Part shown: one piece after another, positions 1 through 8,279 of the stretch
Layout of the letters: every line of letters starts with the position of its first letter
How positions within the stretch are numbered: the first letter of the stretch is position 1
Source: Ktedonobacterales bacterium
GTDB taxonomy: Bacteria > Chloroflexota > Ktedonobacteria > Ktedonobacterales > JADMIN01
Reading direction: 5' to 3'
NCBI GenBank assembly: GCA_030167145.1
Contig: CP126532.1
Span: 1,140,001-1,172,000 of the forward strand
Length of the DNA: 32,000 bases
Notes under the pieces: model-generated
Told to the model about the DNA's origin: nothing
Database searches by the model: none
What the model saw: only the letters and a program-made list of their open reading frames with translations
Program-made: the position numbers and the translations under genes

Positions 1-588
1 GCCGTCCACCGCCCCACCATCGGCGTAGTAGTTATTGCCGATACGCACCGGCGGAAAGATGCCCGGAATCGCCGATGACGCGAGCACGGCGGGCGCGACG
101 GCCCCACTCTTGAAGACGGCTCGGCCACCATGGCTGAGATCGGTGGCGATGACGCGCAATGGCAGGGCTAGCTGCTCAAACGTGTCGTCGCCAAGGTACT
201 GTGCCACGATCTGCCGCATCCCCACATCGCTATAGAGCGATGCGGAGCCATTCGCGATGCGCCGCAGCGCGCTGACGAGCAGCATGCAGCGCAGCATCAG
301 CGACGAGATGCGTGAGGAGCCACGGCCCAGCAGCACCTGCGCTGGCCGCAATCCGCGCCACACCTCGGCGAGTTGTTCGACGCCCGCCAGCGTTGGCATG
401 CGAGCGAGCCACGCAGCATTCCAGGCGCCTATCGAGGTACCTACCAGCATGTCGGGGTGTTCGCCATATTCGAGCAGCGCGCGCATCGCCCCAACGTGTA
501 GTGCCCCGCGCGCCCCGCCGCCAGAGAGGACAAACGCTGTGGCTGGGCGCGTGCCGTGCCATGAGCCAGAGCGCAGACGTGCGCGCAT
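1..588 (-). CDS. patatin-like phospholipase, N-terminal 196 codons (3' end lies left of the window)
   Basis: My own minus-strand translation in the frame ending exactly at nt 1. It is absent from the ORF track because there is no stop in the window. Sequence: MRARLRSGSWHGTRPATAFVLSGGGARGALHVGAMRALLEYGEHPDMLVGTSIGAWNAAWLA...VIATDLSHGGRAVF...IPGIFPPVRIGNNYYADGGAVDG. The GGGxRG oxyanion motif, GTSxG serine elbow and DGG aspartate motif appear in canonical patatin order. ATG at 586-588, with an in-frame TGA upstream. Confidence 0.85.
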   Translation of the reverse strand, partial: MRARLRSGSWHGTRPATAFVLSGGGARGALHVGAMRALLEYGEHPDMLVGTSIGAWNAAWLARMPTLAGVEQLAEVWRGLRPAQVLLGRGSSRISSLMLRCMLLVSALRRIANGSASLYSDVGMRQIVAQYLGDDTFEQLALPLRVIATDLSHGGRAVFKSGAVAPAVLASSAIPGIFPPVRIGNNYYADGGAVDG

Positions 589-825
589 CCGCAGGCTCTC
601 GGATGGCAGCCATGAATCTTCCAAATCTGCCTGTTTCAGCGTTTCGGCGTTGCATTCGATTAACCGCACGGGGCGCTCCTTTATGGCACTGACGCGAGCA
701 GCGATAAACCGCGCGCTGCTGGATATGTGTCAGTGTGCGCTGGCATCATGCCCGCGCGCCATGGAGAACCCGCAGAATCACCCGCAAAATCGCTCGTGTA
801 ACGTTCCCTGCTCTGGATTGCAGCG

Positions 826-1479
826 TTATGCACTGATCGCGCTACTGTCGCGTCCCTGTCCATCGGGCGCGGCTGCGGATGTGGCAATAGGCTGCACGAC
901 GATTTCGGCGGCGCGCAGGCGGCGCAGACTCCGATTCTCCTGGGCGTAGGGAATCGGGTCGAAGATGAGTTCTTCGAGGGTATCCCACATGACTACCCAC
1001 ACATACACCGAGGCGCTGCCGAAGACGACCACCTGGATCGGCTGCCCTGCCTGTGACAGTACGCTGATGTAGAGCAGATAGGCAACCGCGAGCACCACCG
1101 CAGAGGTTATGCTGGCGATGATAAGTTGGCGGCGCGCATGCTCGCGCGCGATGCGGATCGCCAGCTCGTTGTCGTTGATTTTGGCATCGCAGTAGCGATG
1201 GATTGCCTGGGTCACCTGGGCTGACCCGCGCTCCGGCGTGAGCTGGCTCGCGGGCACGCGCAGTGTCAGGCGTACACGGCGCTTGTCGCCCAGCTTGTGA
1301 ACCTGAAGCTCGCGCACGACGCGATGCAGCGCAGGCTCGCCTATCGCGCGCAGATCACTATCTACGAATGGGTTGACTGCTGGCGCGTTGAAGAGGTCGT
1401 CGAGCGTCGCCACGGTCATCGCCATGTCGTAGGTGTCCGCTGTATCGGTTGTTGTCGCCGCCGCGCTAGCCTGCGTCAT
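826..1479 (-). CDS. hypothetical membrane protein (two predicted TM helices)
   Basis: 217-aa ORF. ATG at 1479 is preceded by AAGGATGAGGT. Two hydrophobic stretches: IIASITSAVVLAVAYLLYISVL and IQVVVFGSASVYVWVVMW. Same strand and upstream of the patatin gene. No family recognised. Confidence 0.6.
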   Translation of the reverse strand: MTQASAAATTTDTADTYDMAMTVATLDDLFNAPAVNPFVDSDLRAIGEPALHRVVRELQVHKLGDKRRVRLTLRVPASQLTPERGSAQVTQAIHRYCDAKINDNELAIRIAREHARRQLIIASITSAVVLAVAYLLYISVLSQAGQPIQVVVFGSASVYVWVVMWDTLEELIFDPIPYAQENRSLRRLRAAEIVVQPIATSAAAPDGQGRDSSAISA

Positions 1480-1697
1480 CGGCGTACCTCATCCTTACGT
1501 GCCGCATACATTTTGTGACGCGCACATGCCGTGTTGCCAGCACCTATCGCACGTTGTATGCCGGGGTGTTGGGTGCATTGTTCCGAGCTGACAGAGTAGC
1601 GAAGCAGTTGCGCCACCTGGATGAGCCACGTGATAGACTGCAAGCAACATGTGCCCGCCTGACCCGTACATCAGCGCACACGAGGAGGAGCGCATCA

Positions 1698-2033
1698 ATG
1701 GGCCTCACGCATGAAGCATTGTTGCGCGCCGTCTGCTATCTGCCGGAGGACTATTACCCCTACGGGAGTAACATGGACCGTGAGGCAGATCCGAACGTAG
1801 ACCTGGCGCAGATGAGCGACACGGAAGTTGCGGCATACTTCGAGAGGATCGAAGGACGCTACCACGGTGATTGCTCCTGCGGCTGCCGCTGGTTCGTGCA
1901 ACTGATCGGGGCGGTCGGCATGGATTGGGGCGCTTGCTACAATCCGGCGAGCCATCGCTGCGGACTGCTGACCTTCGAGCACCAGGGCTGCCCGCAATTC
2001 GAGGCGGACGGTGATGACGACAATTCCAGGTGA
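1698..2033 (+). CDS. small Cys/His-rich hypothetical protein (111 aa)
   Basis: Internal ATG at 1698 of track ORF 1515..2033 is preceded by GAGGAGGAG. Product MGLTHEALL... has 7 Cys, including HGDCSCGC, HRCG and HQGC clusters, suggesting a metal-binding site. The upstream part of the track ORF is Arg-rich and looks non-coding. Confidence 0.5.
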   Translation: MGLTHEALLRAVCYLPEDYYPYGSNMDREADPNVDLAQMSDTEVAAYFERIEGRYHGDCSCGCRWFVQLIGAVGMDWGACYNPASHRCGLLTFEHQGCPQFEADGDDDNSR

Positions 2034-2048
2034 AAGGAGGCAGGATCT

Positions 2049-2825
2049 GTGGATAGATACGATGAGCGCGCCACACCTGATTCGTGCGACTCTGATGGGG
2101 AAACCTCGTTGCCAATAACCATAGCGGCATCCACAGAGGTGCGACCGGGGACCATCAATGGACTTATGTGGGGCGAGTACGTAGCTCGTGAGTATGCCGC
2201 ACCTCACCGCATCGCACTCTACGACGCTGGCGGAGGCGGCCTGTACTGCGGACTGATCGCGCCAGCGCCCAGCGGCTACCTCTGGTGTCAGCAGACGAGC
2301 GGGCTTCTCTGCACGCAACGCGATTTGGAAGGCATCTATGTGCCCTTGCCTGACTCAAATCTGGCGCAGCATTTGGTGGAGCTTGACATTGGCTGCTGCA
2401 CAGATACACGCGATGACCGTGAGGCGGCTGAGACATATCGTGCATCTCACCCAGATGAAGTTGCGGCAGGCGAAGCGTGGATACGGGAGCACATGCCTGA
2501 ACTGGCGGCGGTGCGGGATGCGTTCGCGGCGGAAGACCGTCCGCTGGGAATCACCGCAGAGGAAGCGGACCAACTCGATGCCCTGCTACGAGAGGTGAGG
2601 CTGCCGCTTAGCGTTGCCCGCGAGCGTATGGAGCGCAGTACCGAGGCATGGGTCTGGGTGCGCGTCGCCAGTGACGTAGCGACATGGGAACACGAGTTCG
2701 CGCGTGCGCAGATTTTGCAGCAAGGAGCAAGCACATCCCACACGCTTAACGGCTACCGCTTCCAATGGATGCTGGCGGCGCTGGCGGGCACAGAGGCCGT
2801 GCTGACGTGGGAGAATTGTGACTGA
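2049..2825 (+). CDS. hypothetical protein (258 aa)
   Basis: GTG start preceded by AAAGGAGG 7-8 nt upstream. It lies 16 nt after the previous stop, so the two are probably an operon. Acidic helical C-terminal half. No family recognised. Confidence 0.55.
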   Translation: MDRYDERATPDSCDSDGETSLPITIAASTEVRPGTINGLMWGEYVAREYAAPHRIALYDAGGGGLYCGLIAPAPSGYLWCQQTSGLLCTQRDLEGIYVPLPDSNLAQHLVELDIGCCTDTRDDREAAETYRASHPDEVAAGEAWIREHMPELAAVRDAFAAEDRPLGITAEEADQLDALLREVRLPLSVARERMERSTEAWVWVRVASDVATWEHEFARAQILQQGASTSHTLNGYRFQWMLAALAGTEAVLTWENCD

Positions 2826-2902
2826 GCGATAGCTATATGCATCTCAGCGCAAGGTCGTTCGCAAACAGAAGCACTGCGCCATTGCGCGAGCAAAACTAAT
2901 GA

Positions 2903-2926
2903 GGCCAGACCCCAGTGGGCCTGGCC
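2903..2926 (-). terminator. hairpin immediately 3' of the tRNA-like CCA end
   Basis: GGCCAG(2903-2908)...CTGGCC(2921-2926) with inner CCC/GGG pairing. On the minus strand it is followed by TCATTAGTTTTG. This fits a native terminator of the RNA gene whose 3' end is at 2932. Confidence 0.4.
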
Positions 2927-2931
2927 CCAGA

Positions 2932-2970
2932 TGGTGGAGATGGGGGAGATGGGGGAGAGTCGAACTCCCC
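2932..2970 (-). tRNA. partial tRNA- or tmRNA-like 3' end (T-arm, acceptor 3' strand, CCA); probable att core, not an intact gene
   Basis: The minus strand reads GGGGAGTTCGACTCTCCCCCATCTCCCCCATCTCCACCA. That gives a T-stem GGGAG/CTCCC, a canonical T-loop TTCGACT, a C-rich acceptor strand ending CTCC, discriminator A and an encoded CCA. I found no D arm, no anticodon arm and no 5' acceptor complement (GGAGATG) in the following ~150 nt, which run into the integrase stop codon. Confidence 0.55.
2939..2956. repeat. perfect 9-bp tandem duplication (GATGGGGGA x2) inside the acceptor strand of the tRNA-like fragment
   Basis: 2939-2947 and 2948-2956 are identical. Read directly from the sequence. Confidence 0.9.
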
Positions 2971-2981
2971 TATATTCACCC

Positions 2982-3008
2982 GCAGAGTCCCGAATTCAAA
3001 GACTCTGC
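2982..3008 (-). terminator. 8-bp stem hairpin downstream of the integrase stop
   Basis: GCAGAGTC (2982-2989), an 11-nt loop containing GAATTC, then GACTCTGC (3001-3008). It lies about 40 nt downstream of the integrase stop on the minus strand. There is no U-tract, so a terminator role is uncertain. It could instead be part of the att/arm architecture. Confidence 0.3.
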
Positions 3009-3027
3009 AGCTTCGTGGTGATCAGAC

Positions 3028-3051
3028 TGACACCAATTTTGACACCAATTA
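3028..3051. repeat. 12-bp tandem direct repeat TGACACCAATT(T/A) x2 overlapping the integrase stop codon
   Basis: 3028-3039 TGACACCAATTT and 3040-3051 TGACACCAATTA. Read directly. The position between int and the att core suggests arm-type recombinase binding sites, which is inference. Confidence 0.85.
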
Positions 3052-4218
3052 CTCCAAAAGTCGGTCGATTTTTTCGGGTTCATAACTTTCGACCGGCGTT
3101 CCCAACAACGTGTCCATTGCCTGCACGGCCGACTGCTGCATGTGCGGCAGCACGTGCGCGTAGGTGCTCAAGGTGATGGACACGTTGGAGTGGCCCAGCA
3201 TCTCACTGACCACCTTGACGTTGACCCCGCTGGCGAGCAAGAGGGTCGCCGCGGTGTGGCGCAGGTCGTGGAAGCGCGTCTCACGGCTGAGCCCGGCCTT
3301 GACCAGGTAGCGTTTGAACGACCGTTTGGTGATGTTGTGCGGAATCATGATGCCGCCGTAGCCGTTGGGGAAGACGAGGTCGAGCGTGTTGTCCCACTGA
3401 TCACCCATCGTCGCTTTATCACGCTGCTGGTGCTGCCAGTGCGCGGTCAGCGCGTCGACGGCGGCTTGGGTCAGGGCGACCGTTCGCCGGGAGTAGGCCG
3501 TTTTGGTTTCGGCGACGATGTAGCGCCCGCTCGTCTCCTGCACGTTCATCCGGACTTGGGCAATGCGCCGGGCCAGGTCGACGTCCTGCCACCGCAGCGC
3601 TAAGAGCTCGCCTTCACGCATGCCCGTGCTGAGCGCCAGTACGTACAGCGCGTAGAAGCGGTCGTCGGCCACGACGTCGAGGAAGCGCCGCACCTCAATG
3701 ACCGACAGCGGCATCATCTCGCGGTGGTCGCGCTTCGGCGGCTTCAGCATTTCCGAGACGTTGCGGCTGACGAGGCCCATCTGCAGCGCGTCGTCGAGCG
3801 CCCGATGCAGCATGCTGTGAATGGCGTGGACCGTCGTGGCGCTCAGGCCCTCCGCCAGCTTGCGGTTGTAGAAAGCCTGGAGGTGCTGGGGGCTGAGCTT
3901 GGCGAGGCTGTGCTGGCCGAGCCCCGGGACGAGGTGGTTGACGTAGTCACCGTACCGCCGGTAGCTGCTCGGCCGAATCTGCGACCGCATCGTCTCGTAC
4001 CAGCCCGTTAGATACTGCTTGACGGTCTGCCGCTCATCGACCAGCGGTACGCCCCGGCCGACGTCGTGCAACGCCTCCTGCATCTTCTTGGCGACTTCCG
4101 CCCGCGTCTTGCCGTACAACGCCTTACGCGTGCCGCCGTCGAGGGTGATCCGCGCCATCCAGCGGCCATCGCTGCGCTTGCTGATGCCGCCCTCGTTGTT
4201 GCCGCGCCTGCCGGCCAT
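3049..4218 (-). CDS. int: tyrosine recombinase / phage-type integrase (389 aa)
   Basis: ATG at 4218 is preceded by GAGGAGGTG. The N-terminus MAGRRGNNEGGISKRSDGRWMARITLDG...GKTRAEV is an AP2-like/SAM-like integrase N-terminus. The catalytic region has ...ALSTGMREGELLALRWQDVDL..., HDLRHTAATLLL (HxxR) and GHSNVSITLSTYAHV (catalytic Tyr). The track ORF start at 4395 adds 59 non-coding-looking residues. Confidence 0.9.
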   Translation of the reverse strand: MAGRRGNNEGGISKRSDGRWMARITLDGGTRKALYGKTRAEVAKKMQEALHDVGRGVPLVDERQTVKQYLTGWYETMRSQIRPSSYRRYGDYVNHLVPGLGQHSLAKLSPQHLQAFYNRKLAEGLSATTVHAIHSMLHRALDDALQMGLVSRNVSEMLKPPKRDHREMMPLSVIEVRRFLDVVADDRFYALYVLALSTGMREGELLALRWQDVDLARRIAQVRMNVQETSGRYIVAETKTAYSRRTVALTQAAVDALTAHWQHQQRDKATMGDQWDNTLDLVFPNGYGGIMIPHNITKRSFKRYLVKAGLSRETRFHDLRHTAATLLLASGVNVKVVSEMLGHSNVSITLSTYAHVLPHMQQSAVQAMDTLLGTPVESYEPEKIDRLLE

Positions 4219-4471
4219 CGGACACCTCCTCGCGAGCAGACCCCACTGGTGCCAGCGGGTCGTCGTGTGGCTCCTGCTGGAGCAACGTCGTGATGTAGTC
4301 GTTGAGCGATGCGACCACCACTCGGCGCGTGCGACCGATCTTGACGCTCTGCAGTGCCCCTTGTAGCACCAGCAGGTAGGTGGCAGTCCGGCCAATACTT
4401 AAACGACGAGCGGCCTCTTCGACTGTCACCAGCAGCGGCGGCTCGGACTCAGGATGCCTCATAGATAGCAT
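4124..4471 (-). CDS. xis: excisionase-like helix-turn-helix DNA-binding protein
   Basis: LLVTVEEAARRLSIGRTATYLLVLQGALQSVKIGRTRRVVVASLNDYI matches the MerR/excisionase-type HTH pattern and lies directly upstream of int. The start may be ATG 4471 or ATG 4462, which has better SD spacing to AAGGA. As read, the ORF runs 95 nt into int, and its tail is Arg/Gln-rich. Confidence 0.65.
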   Translation of the reverse strand: MLSMRHPESEPPLLVTVEEAARRLSIGRTATYLLVLQGALQSVKIGRTRRVVVASLNDYITTLLQQEPHDDPLAPVGSAREEVSDGRQARQQRGRHQQAQRWPLDGADHPRRRHA

Positions 4472-4514
4472 TCCTTTCGCGGACAGGAAATCGGGCTAGG
4501 CCGGGACTTTCGGC

Positions 4515-5366
4515 TCAACTATGGAGGCTCGCTAGCATGGTCGCCACGGCCTCCAACTGGGTCACCACCTGGAACAGCGCGCTCGCTGGCTCGGGTAAGT
4601 GGGCAACAATGGTCCTAACGGCATCGCGACGCTCCGGGCTCACGGTACTCACCAGTACCCGCGGCACGACCCCGTGCGGGCCGAGTTGACCACGCTGGAC
4701 AAAATCCAGGTAGACGCTCAGCTTGCGCTTGATGGTCGGTAGGCTCTCGGTCGCCAGGTCAACCTCTATCCACCAGTGGTCGCGGACCGTGCCGAGCGCC
4801 AAGCGGGTGTAGCCATCGGGCTTGACGTAGCCGCCGAGGCCGCTCGGCCACCAGCACGCCGGTTCTGCCGCGAAGCTGACGACGGACGCAGCGTGTAGAC
4901 GAGCCTGTTCAACGAGGCTGACGTACAACTCACTGACGGCCAGTGTGTGGCGAACCGTACGCTCGGTGGGGAGGCCGGGGTGTCGCACCCGCTGACGGGC
5001 CGCGTAGGCCGCTTGTCGCGTGGCGTAGAGGTGAGTGCCCGCACTGCCGAGGGCGAAGGCCGCGCCAGCGGAGCCCCGCGCCGCGCCACCGATCCGGCGC
5101 GGTGAGACGGCGAGCACCCGCCAGCGGACCAGACGGCGCAGCACCCGGCCGCGGACGACCTCGCGGGCGTGGCCGGTGAGCGACTGGAAGTACAGCCGCT
5201 CCAATTGCTGACCGGTTACCAGTCGCAGCAGGTTGACGATCTCGATGATCTGCCAATCGCGGTCGCTCAGCCGGTCCGCGAGCCAGGCGGTGTTTGGCGG
5301 GCGCAGCCGACGAGCGGACCCGGCGCGATCGGGAATGGCCATATCGGCCTGAGCTTGGGTTATCAT
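4515..5366 (-). CDS. replication-relaxation family protein (283 aa)
   Basis: Body LSDRDWQIIEIVNLLRLVTGQQLERLYF...RRLVRWRVL...HTLAVSELYVSL...PDGYTRL...WWIEVDLATES...KLSVYLDF fits my recollection of the Replic_Relax family found next to coupling ATPases in Gram-positive/actinobacterial elements. I chose ATG 5366 (GGAGA 6 nt upstream). Alternatives are 5384 and 5417. The track start at 5552 overlaps the upstream gene. Confidence 0.65.
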   Translation of the reverse strand: MITQAQADMAIPDRAGSARRLRPPNTAWLADRLSDRDWQIIEIVNLLRLVTGQQLERLYFQSLTGHAREVVRGRVLRRLVRWRVLAVSPRRIGGAARGSAGAAFALGSAGTHLYATRQAAYAARQRVRHPGLPTERTVRHTLAVSELYVSLVEQARLHAASVVSFAAEPACWWPSGLGGYVKPDGYTRLALGTVRDHWWIEVDLATESLPTIKRKLSVYLDFVQRGQLGPHGVVPRVLVSTVSPERRDAVRTIVAHLPEPASALFQVVTQLEAVATMLASLHS

Positions 5367-5496
5367 GCCTGTCTCCACGGGCATGTCGGCGGCACGTACG
5401 ACCGCTCGACAGCCCATACCAAGGGGTGAAGGGTTCGTGCGAGTCGCACAGCGACCACACCACCGACGACACCAGCAAGCACAACACGCAGCTGGC

Positions 5497-7800
5497 TCAT
5501 CCCCGACCTCGCGTTCCCTCACGGCCGAAGCGATCACCGGCCGCCGTACCACCGACCGTCACGCGGGCGCGCAGCCCCGCCTCGATGGCTGAGCGCGCCA
5601 TACCATGCCGTTCACGACTGGCGGCCGCCAAGGCGGCAGCGTCCTGCAGCGGTGATCCCAACGGCAAGGTGGTGCCGGTCACCGGGGGCAGCGTCTGGCC
5701 CTCGACGCACGGCTTCATGGCGAACTCGAAGGCGTTGAGGCTCGCCAGATCATCGCGCGTCAGCGGCGCAAAGCGGTCGGCGAGCACCCGCGCGTCGTCC
5801 CACTCCAGTTGAAAGGCAACGTGGGTGCGCACCGTGCCGAGCGTGGCGTCGCGTACGGCGCTGGGGAGCTGGTTCAGGTACTGGTGGGCCAGCGTCAAGG
5901 ACAGACCCAGGCCGCGGGCCTGCGCCAGCATATCGGCCAGGTTGTCGTTGGCCCCGAGGCGAACGATGTCTTGAAACTCATCGAGGTAGGCGAAGACCGG
6001 GTGTCGATGCCAGGCCGGCAGCGCCACACGGGCCTGAGTGGTTTGCCACATCGTCGCCACGAACAGCGAGCCGAGCAGGTTGGCTGCTTCGCTGCCGATC
6101 TTGCCCTTGGCCAGCGAGATGAGCAGCACACCGCGCCGGCTAAAGCGCTGGCTGAGTGTCACGCCTTGGCTTTGGCCGAGCAGCAGGCGAATGGAAGAGC
6201 GCATCGAGAAGGCGCGCAGCTTGTTGAGTACCGGTCCAATGGCCTCCACCCTCGCGGCCTCGCTGAGGTTGCCATCGAACCACTGCCAGAACGAGCGCAC
6301 CGACGACGGCAGGTCGGGGTGCTGGCTGACGTAGCGGCGCAGCGCCGGGTTGGTGAGCAGCTCTGGCACTTCCATCAGGGTAAAGACCGAGCCATCCGGC
6401 GCCCGGGTATGGGTCAGGCTAAACAGCGCCGCCCGCAGAATTTCGTCGGTCCGTGGTCCCCAGAAGTCCTCGTAGATGGAGTGAAAGACGTTGAGGACGT
6501 GGTCGGCCATCAGCTCCCGGCTGGCCTCGTCGTCGAACGCCGAGCGCAGCGGGTTGAAGCCGACGATCGAGTCCTGTATCGTGCTGGGGTCGAGCACCAC
6601 TACGTCCGGGCTACGCTCCGGCGGGATGCGCGCGGCGATGTCGCTCACCAGGTCGCCCTTGGGGTCGATCACCACCACGCCGTGGCCGGCGGCGATGTCC
6701 TGCAGAACCATGTGAGCCAGCAGCGTCGACTTACCGCTGCCGGTCGGACCGATCAGGTGGACGTGGCGCAGGCGGTCACTGGGGGCAAGCGCGAGTGGCC
6801 GGTCGGTCAGGCCGGGGTAATTGCAGCGTCCCACGACGTTGCCGGTGGTTGGCACCATCGGCAGGGGCGGCAGTTGGCGGGCCTGGCTTGGCGCGAGGCC
6901 GGGCAAGGCAGTGGCGAAGGGGAAGGCCACCAGCCCGACTGCCTCACGGACGTTGAGCAGCAGCGGCCAGCGCAGTAGCGGGTAGCGGCGGCTACGCAAC
7001 CAGGCCGCGACGATAGCCGCAGGCAGCAGCCGGCGCACGACTTGGACGCCGGGCGCGTTCAGCCCCTGCATGAGGCTCCAGGCCCGCTCGCCGAGTGCAT
7101 TGGCCCGCGGCCGGGTGGGGGCGCTCACGCCAATGCGGAGCGTCGTGGCCAGCAGTGGCTCGCGCTGTTTCGTCCGCTGGGCGTGAATGGCGTCAGCGTC
7201 GGCCGGTACGTCACGCTCCAGCCACCACGGCACGGCCAGGTTCCGCGTCGCCGCGTCGCTGGTCGCCGCCGGGGGTGTCCCGGCGCTGGTCAGAATGAGC
7301 TGGATGATGACGCGCTCGTCGGCGGCGAGCGGTTGCAGGGTGGCGAGCACGTCGGTGCTGACGGCCCCAGCCCGCTCAACCGCCAGGGGACGGATGTGAC
7401 TCGTCAAGGTGAGCTCATCGGCGAGCAAGGGCGTCTCCCGCGCACTGATGGACGGCGGCACCGCGTCAAGGCGGGCACCGGGCAGTTGGGCGCGCACCGT
7501 GGCGAGGAGCGTGTCACGGGCGGCCGGCGTCACCAGCACGTAGTGGCTGATGCCGGCGTGGTCGGCGACGACTTCGAGGGCGACCGGCGGAAGCGGCAGC
7601 AGCGACCAGCGCGGCGGATGGGTGGCCGCGGCCAACGCGCTCAGCCAGCGCACGGCGTCGTCCACCGTCAGCTCACGCGGCAGCTGGAGCCGGAAGGCTA
7701 CGAGCGACTGGCGCCAGGCGTGCATATCGACAGCCCGCGCCGCGAGCACGATAGCCAAGGGCAGCAGGCTCACTACGAGCAGCAGGAGAGCGATGGTCAT
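5497..7800 (-). CDS. type IV secretion coupling-protein-like ATPase (TraD/VirD4-type), N-terminal TM anchor
   Basis: ATG 7800 is preceded by AAGGA. N-terminal TM MTIALLLLVVSLLPLAIVLAA. Walker A LIGPTGSGKSTL, Walker B-like VFAYLDEFQDIV, and LTLAHQYLNQL. Its start overlaps the stop of the upstream small ORF (ATGA). Confidence 0.8.
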   Translation of the reverse strand: MTIALLLLVVSLLPLAIVLAARAVDMHAWRQSLVAFRLQLPRELTVDDAVRWLSALAAATHPPRWSLLPLPPVALEVVADHAGISHYVLVTPAARDTLLATVRAQLPGARLDAVPPSISARETPLLADELTLTSHIRPLAVERAGAVSTDVLATLQPLAADERVIIQLILTSAGTPPAATSDAATRNLAVPWWLERDVPADADAIHAQRTKQREPLLATTLRIGVSAPTRPRANALGERAWSLMQGLNAPGVQVVRRLLPAAIVAAWLRSRRYPLLRWPLLLNVREAVGLVAFPFATALPGLAPSQARQLPPLPMVPTTGNVVGRCNYPGLTDRPLALAPSDRLRHVHLIGPTGSGKSTLLAHMVLQDIAAGHGVVVIDPKGDLVSDIAARIPPERSPDVVVLDPSTIQDSIVGFNPLRSAFDDEASRELMADHVLNVFHSIYEDFWGPRTDEILRAALFSLTHTRAPDGSVFTLMEVPELLTNPALRRYVSQHPDLPSSVRSFWQWFDGNLSEAARVEAIGPVLNKLRAFSMRSSIRLLLGQSQGVTLSQRFSRRGVLLISLAKGKIGSEAANLLGSLFVATMWQTTQARVALPAWHRHPVFAYLDEFQDIVRLGANDNLADMLAQARGLGLSLTLAHQYLNQLPSAVRDATLGTVRTHVAFQLEWDDARVLADRFAPLTRDDLASLNAFEFAMKPCVEGQTLPPVTGTTLPLGSPLQDAAALAAASRERHGMARSAIEAGLRARVTVGGTAAGDRFGREGTRGRG

Positions 7801-7961
7801 GATTGATCCTTGGTTGGCGGTTGGGATTCGGCGTGCGTGGCCTCCCGTTGCCTGCGCTCCTCGTGGAGCACGTAGGCGAAGGCGATCAGCAGCTGCTGCC
7901 ACGGCTCAGCGTCGAATGGCCGTTGTTTGGCGATGATGAGTACGCGGCGGTGTCTCGGCAT
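7797..7961 (-). CDS. small hypothetical protein (54 aa) translationally coupled to the coupling ATPase
   Basis: ATG 7961 has a strong AAGGAGG SD. Its stop TGA overlaps the ATG of the next gene. Product MPRHRRVLIIAKQRPFDAEPWQQLLIAFAYVLHEERRQ... Confidence 0.5.
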   Translation of the reverse strand: MPRHRRVLIIAKQRPFDAEPWQQLLIAFAYVLHEERRQREATHAESQPPTKDQS

Positions 7962-8035
7962 GGGACTGGACCTCCTTTCCCGTGGGCGGCGCGGCCTGAT
8001 GTGACACGCCGCCCCCTTACTAATTCTTATGCGCC

Positions 8036-8053
8036 TGTCACGGATTTGTGACA
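8036..8053. promoter_or_regulatory. operator-like palindrome TGTCAC-N6-GTGACA (copy 1)
   Basis: TGTCAC GGATTT GTGACA lies about 75 nt upstream of the 7961 start of the minus-strand transfer operon. The half-sites and spacing are identical to those at 9559-9576. Confidence 0.55.
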
Positions 8054-8090
8054 AGCCGTAGAAAAGACAACGGTGCCGCCAGTCGTGCGG

Positions 8091-8279
8091 TCAGGTGCGC
8101 CGTCGCCACTGCTGCGTGGTGGCGAGGTAGGCGGTAGCCAGAATCAGCAGGGCAATCATCAGGGGCAGCAGCGGGGCGAGCAGCTCGTAGATAACGCGGG
8201 CCACCACCGCCAGGCCGAGCACCAGCAGCAGCATGTTCACCAGGCGCTTGCCCCACCCACCCGGTTGGTACGATTGCAT
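8091..8279 (-). CDS. small membrane protein (62 aa, two hydrophobic helices)
   Basis: ATG 8279 is preceded by AAGAGGTGA. Product MQSYQPGGWGKRLVNMLLLVLGLAVVARVIYELLAPLLPLMIALLILATAYLATTQQWRRRT. Confidence 0.5.
   Translation of the reverse strand: MQSYQPGGWGKRLVNMLLLVLGLAVVARVIYELLAPLLPLMIALLILATAYLATTQQWRRRT

Noticed and set aside
257-949. 230-aa and 126-aa plus-strand ORFs, and 230..655 minus (141 aa)
   Set aside because: They overlap the patatin gene, whose GGGxRG/GTSxG/DGG motifs lie in a different minus-strand frame that the M-to-stop ORF track does not list.
2932-3100. Intact tRNA, tRNA-Sec or complete tmRNA gene
   Set aside because: Only a T-arm, acceptor strand and CCA are present. 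I found no matching 5' acceptor strand, D arm or anticodon arm upstream. The hairpin at 2982-3008 has an 11-nt loop rather than a 7-nt anticodon loop, and the region runs into the integrase coding sequence. The 8-nt acceptor strand and TTCGACT loop are suggestive of Sec or tmRNA, but that is not enough.
4219-4395. N-terminal extensions offered by the ORF track: integrase to 4395, ATPase to 7902, relaxation protein to 5552, kwaA to 16277, CHAP gene to 22619, 229-aa gene to 28061, cyclase to 30841, SLATT to 30090
   Set aside because: The extensions are Arg/Pro/Ser-rich, lack an SD, and often overlap upstream genes. Internal starts with clear SD sequences and sensible N-termini were preferred.
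5809-6978. 389-aa plus-strand ORF, plus several shorter ones between 6038 and 7936
   Set aside because: It is entirely antisense to the motif-rich coupling ATPase gene. The product is Arg/Gly/Ala/Gln-rich with no motifs and no SD. This is a typical shadow ORF of high-GC DNA.
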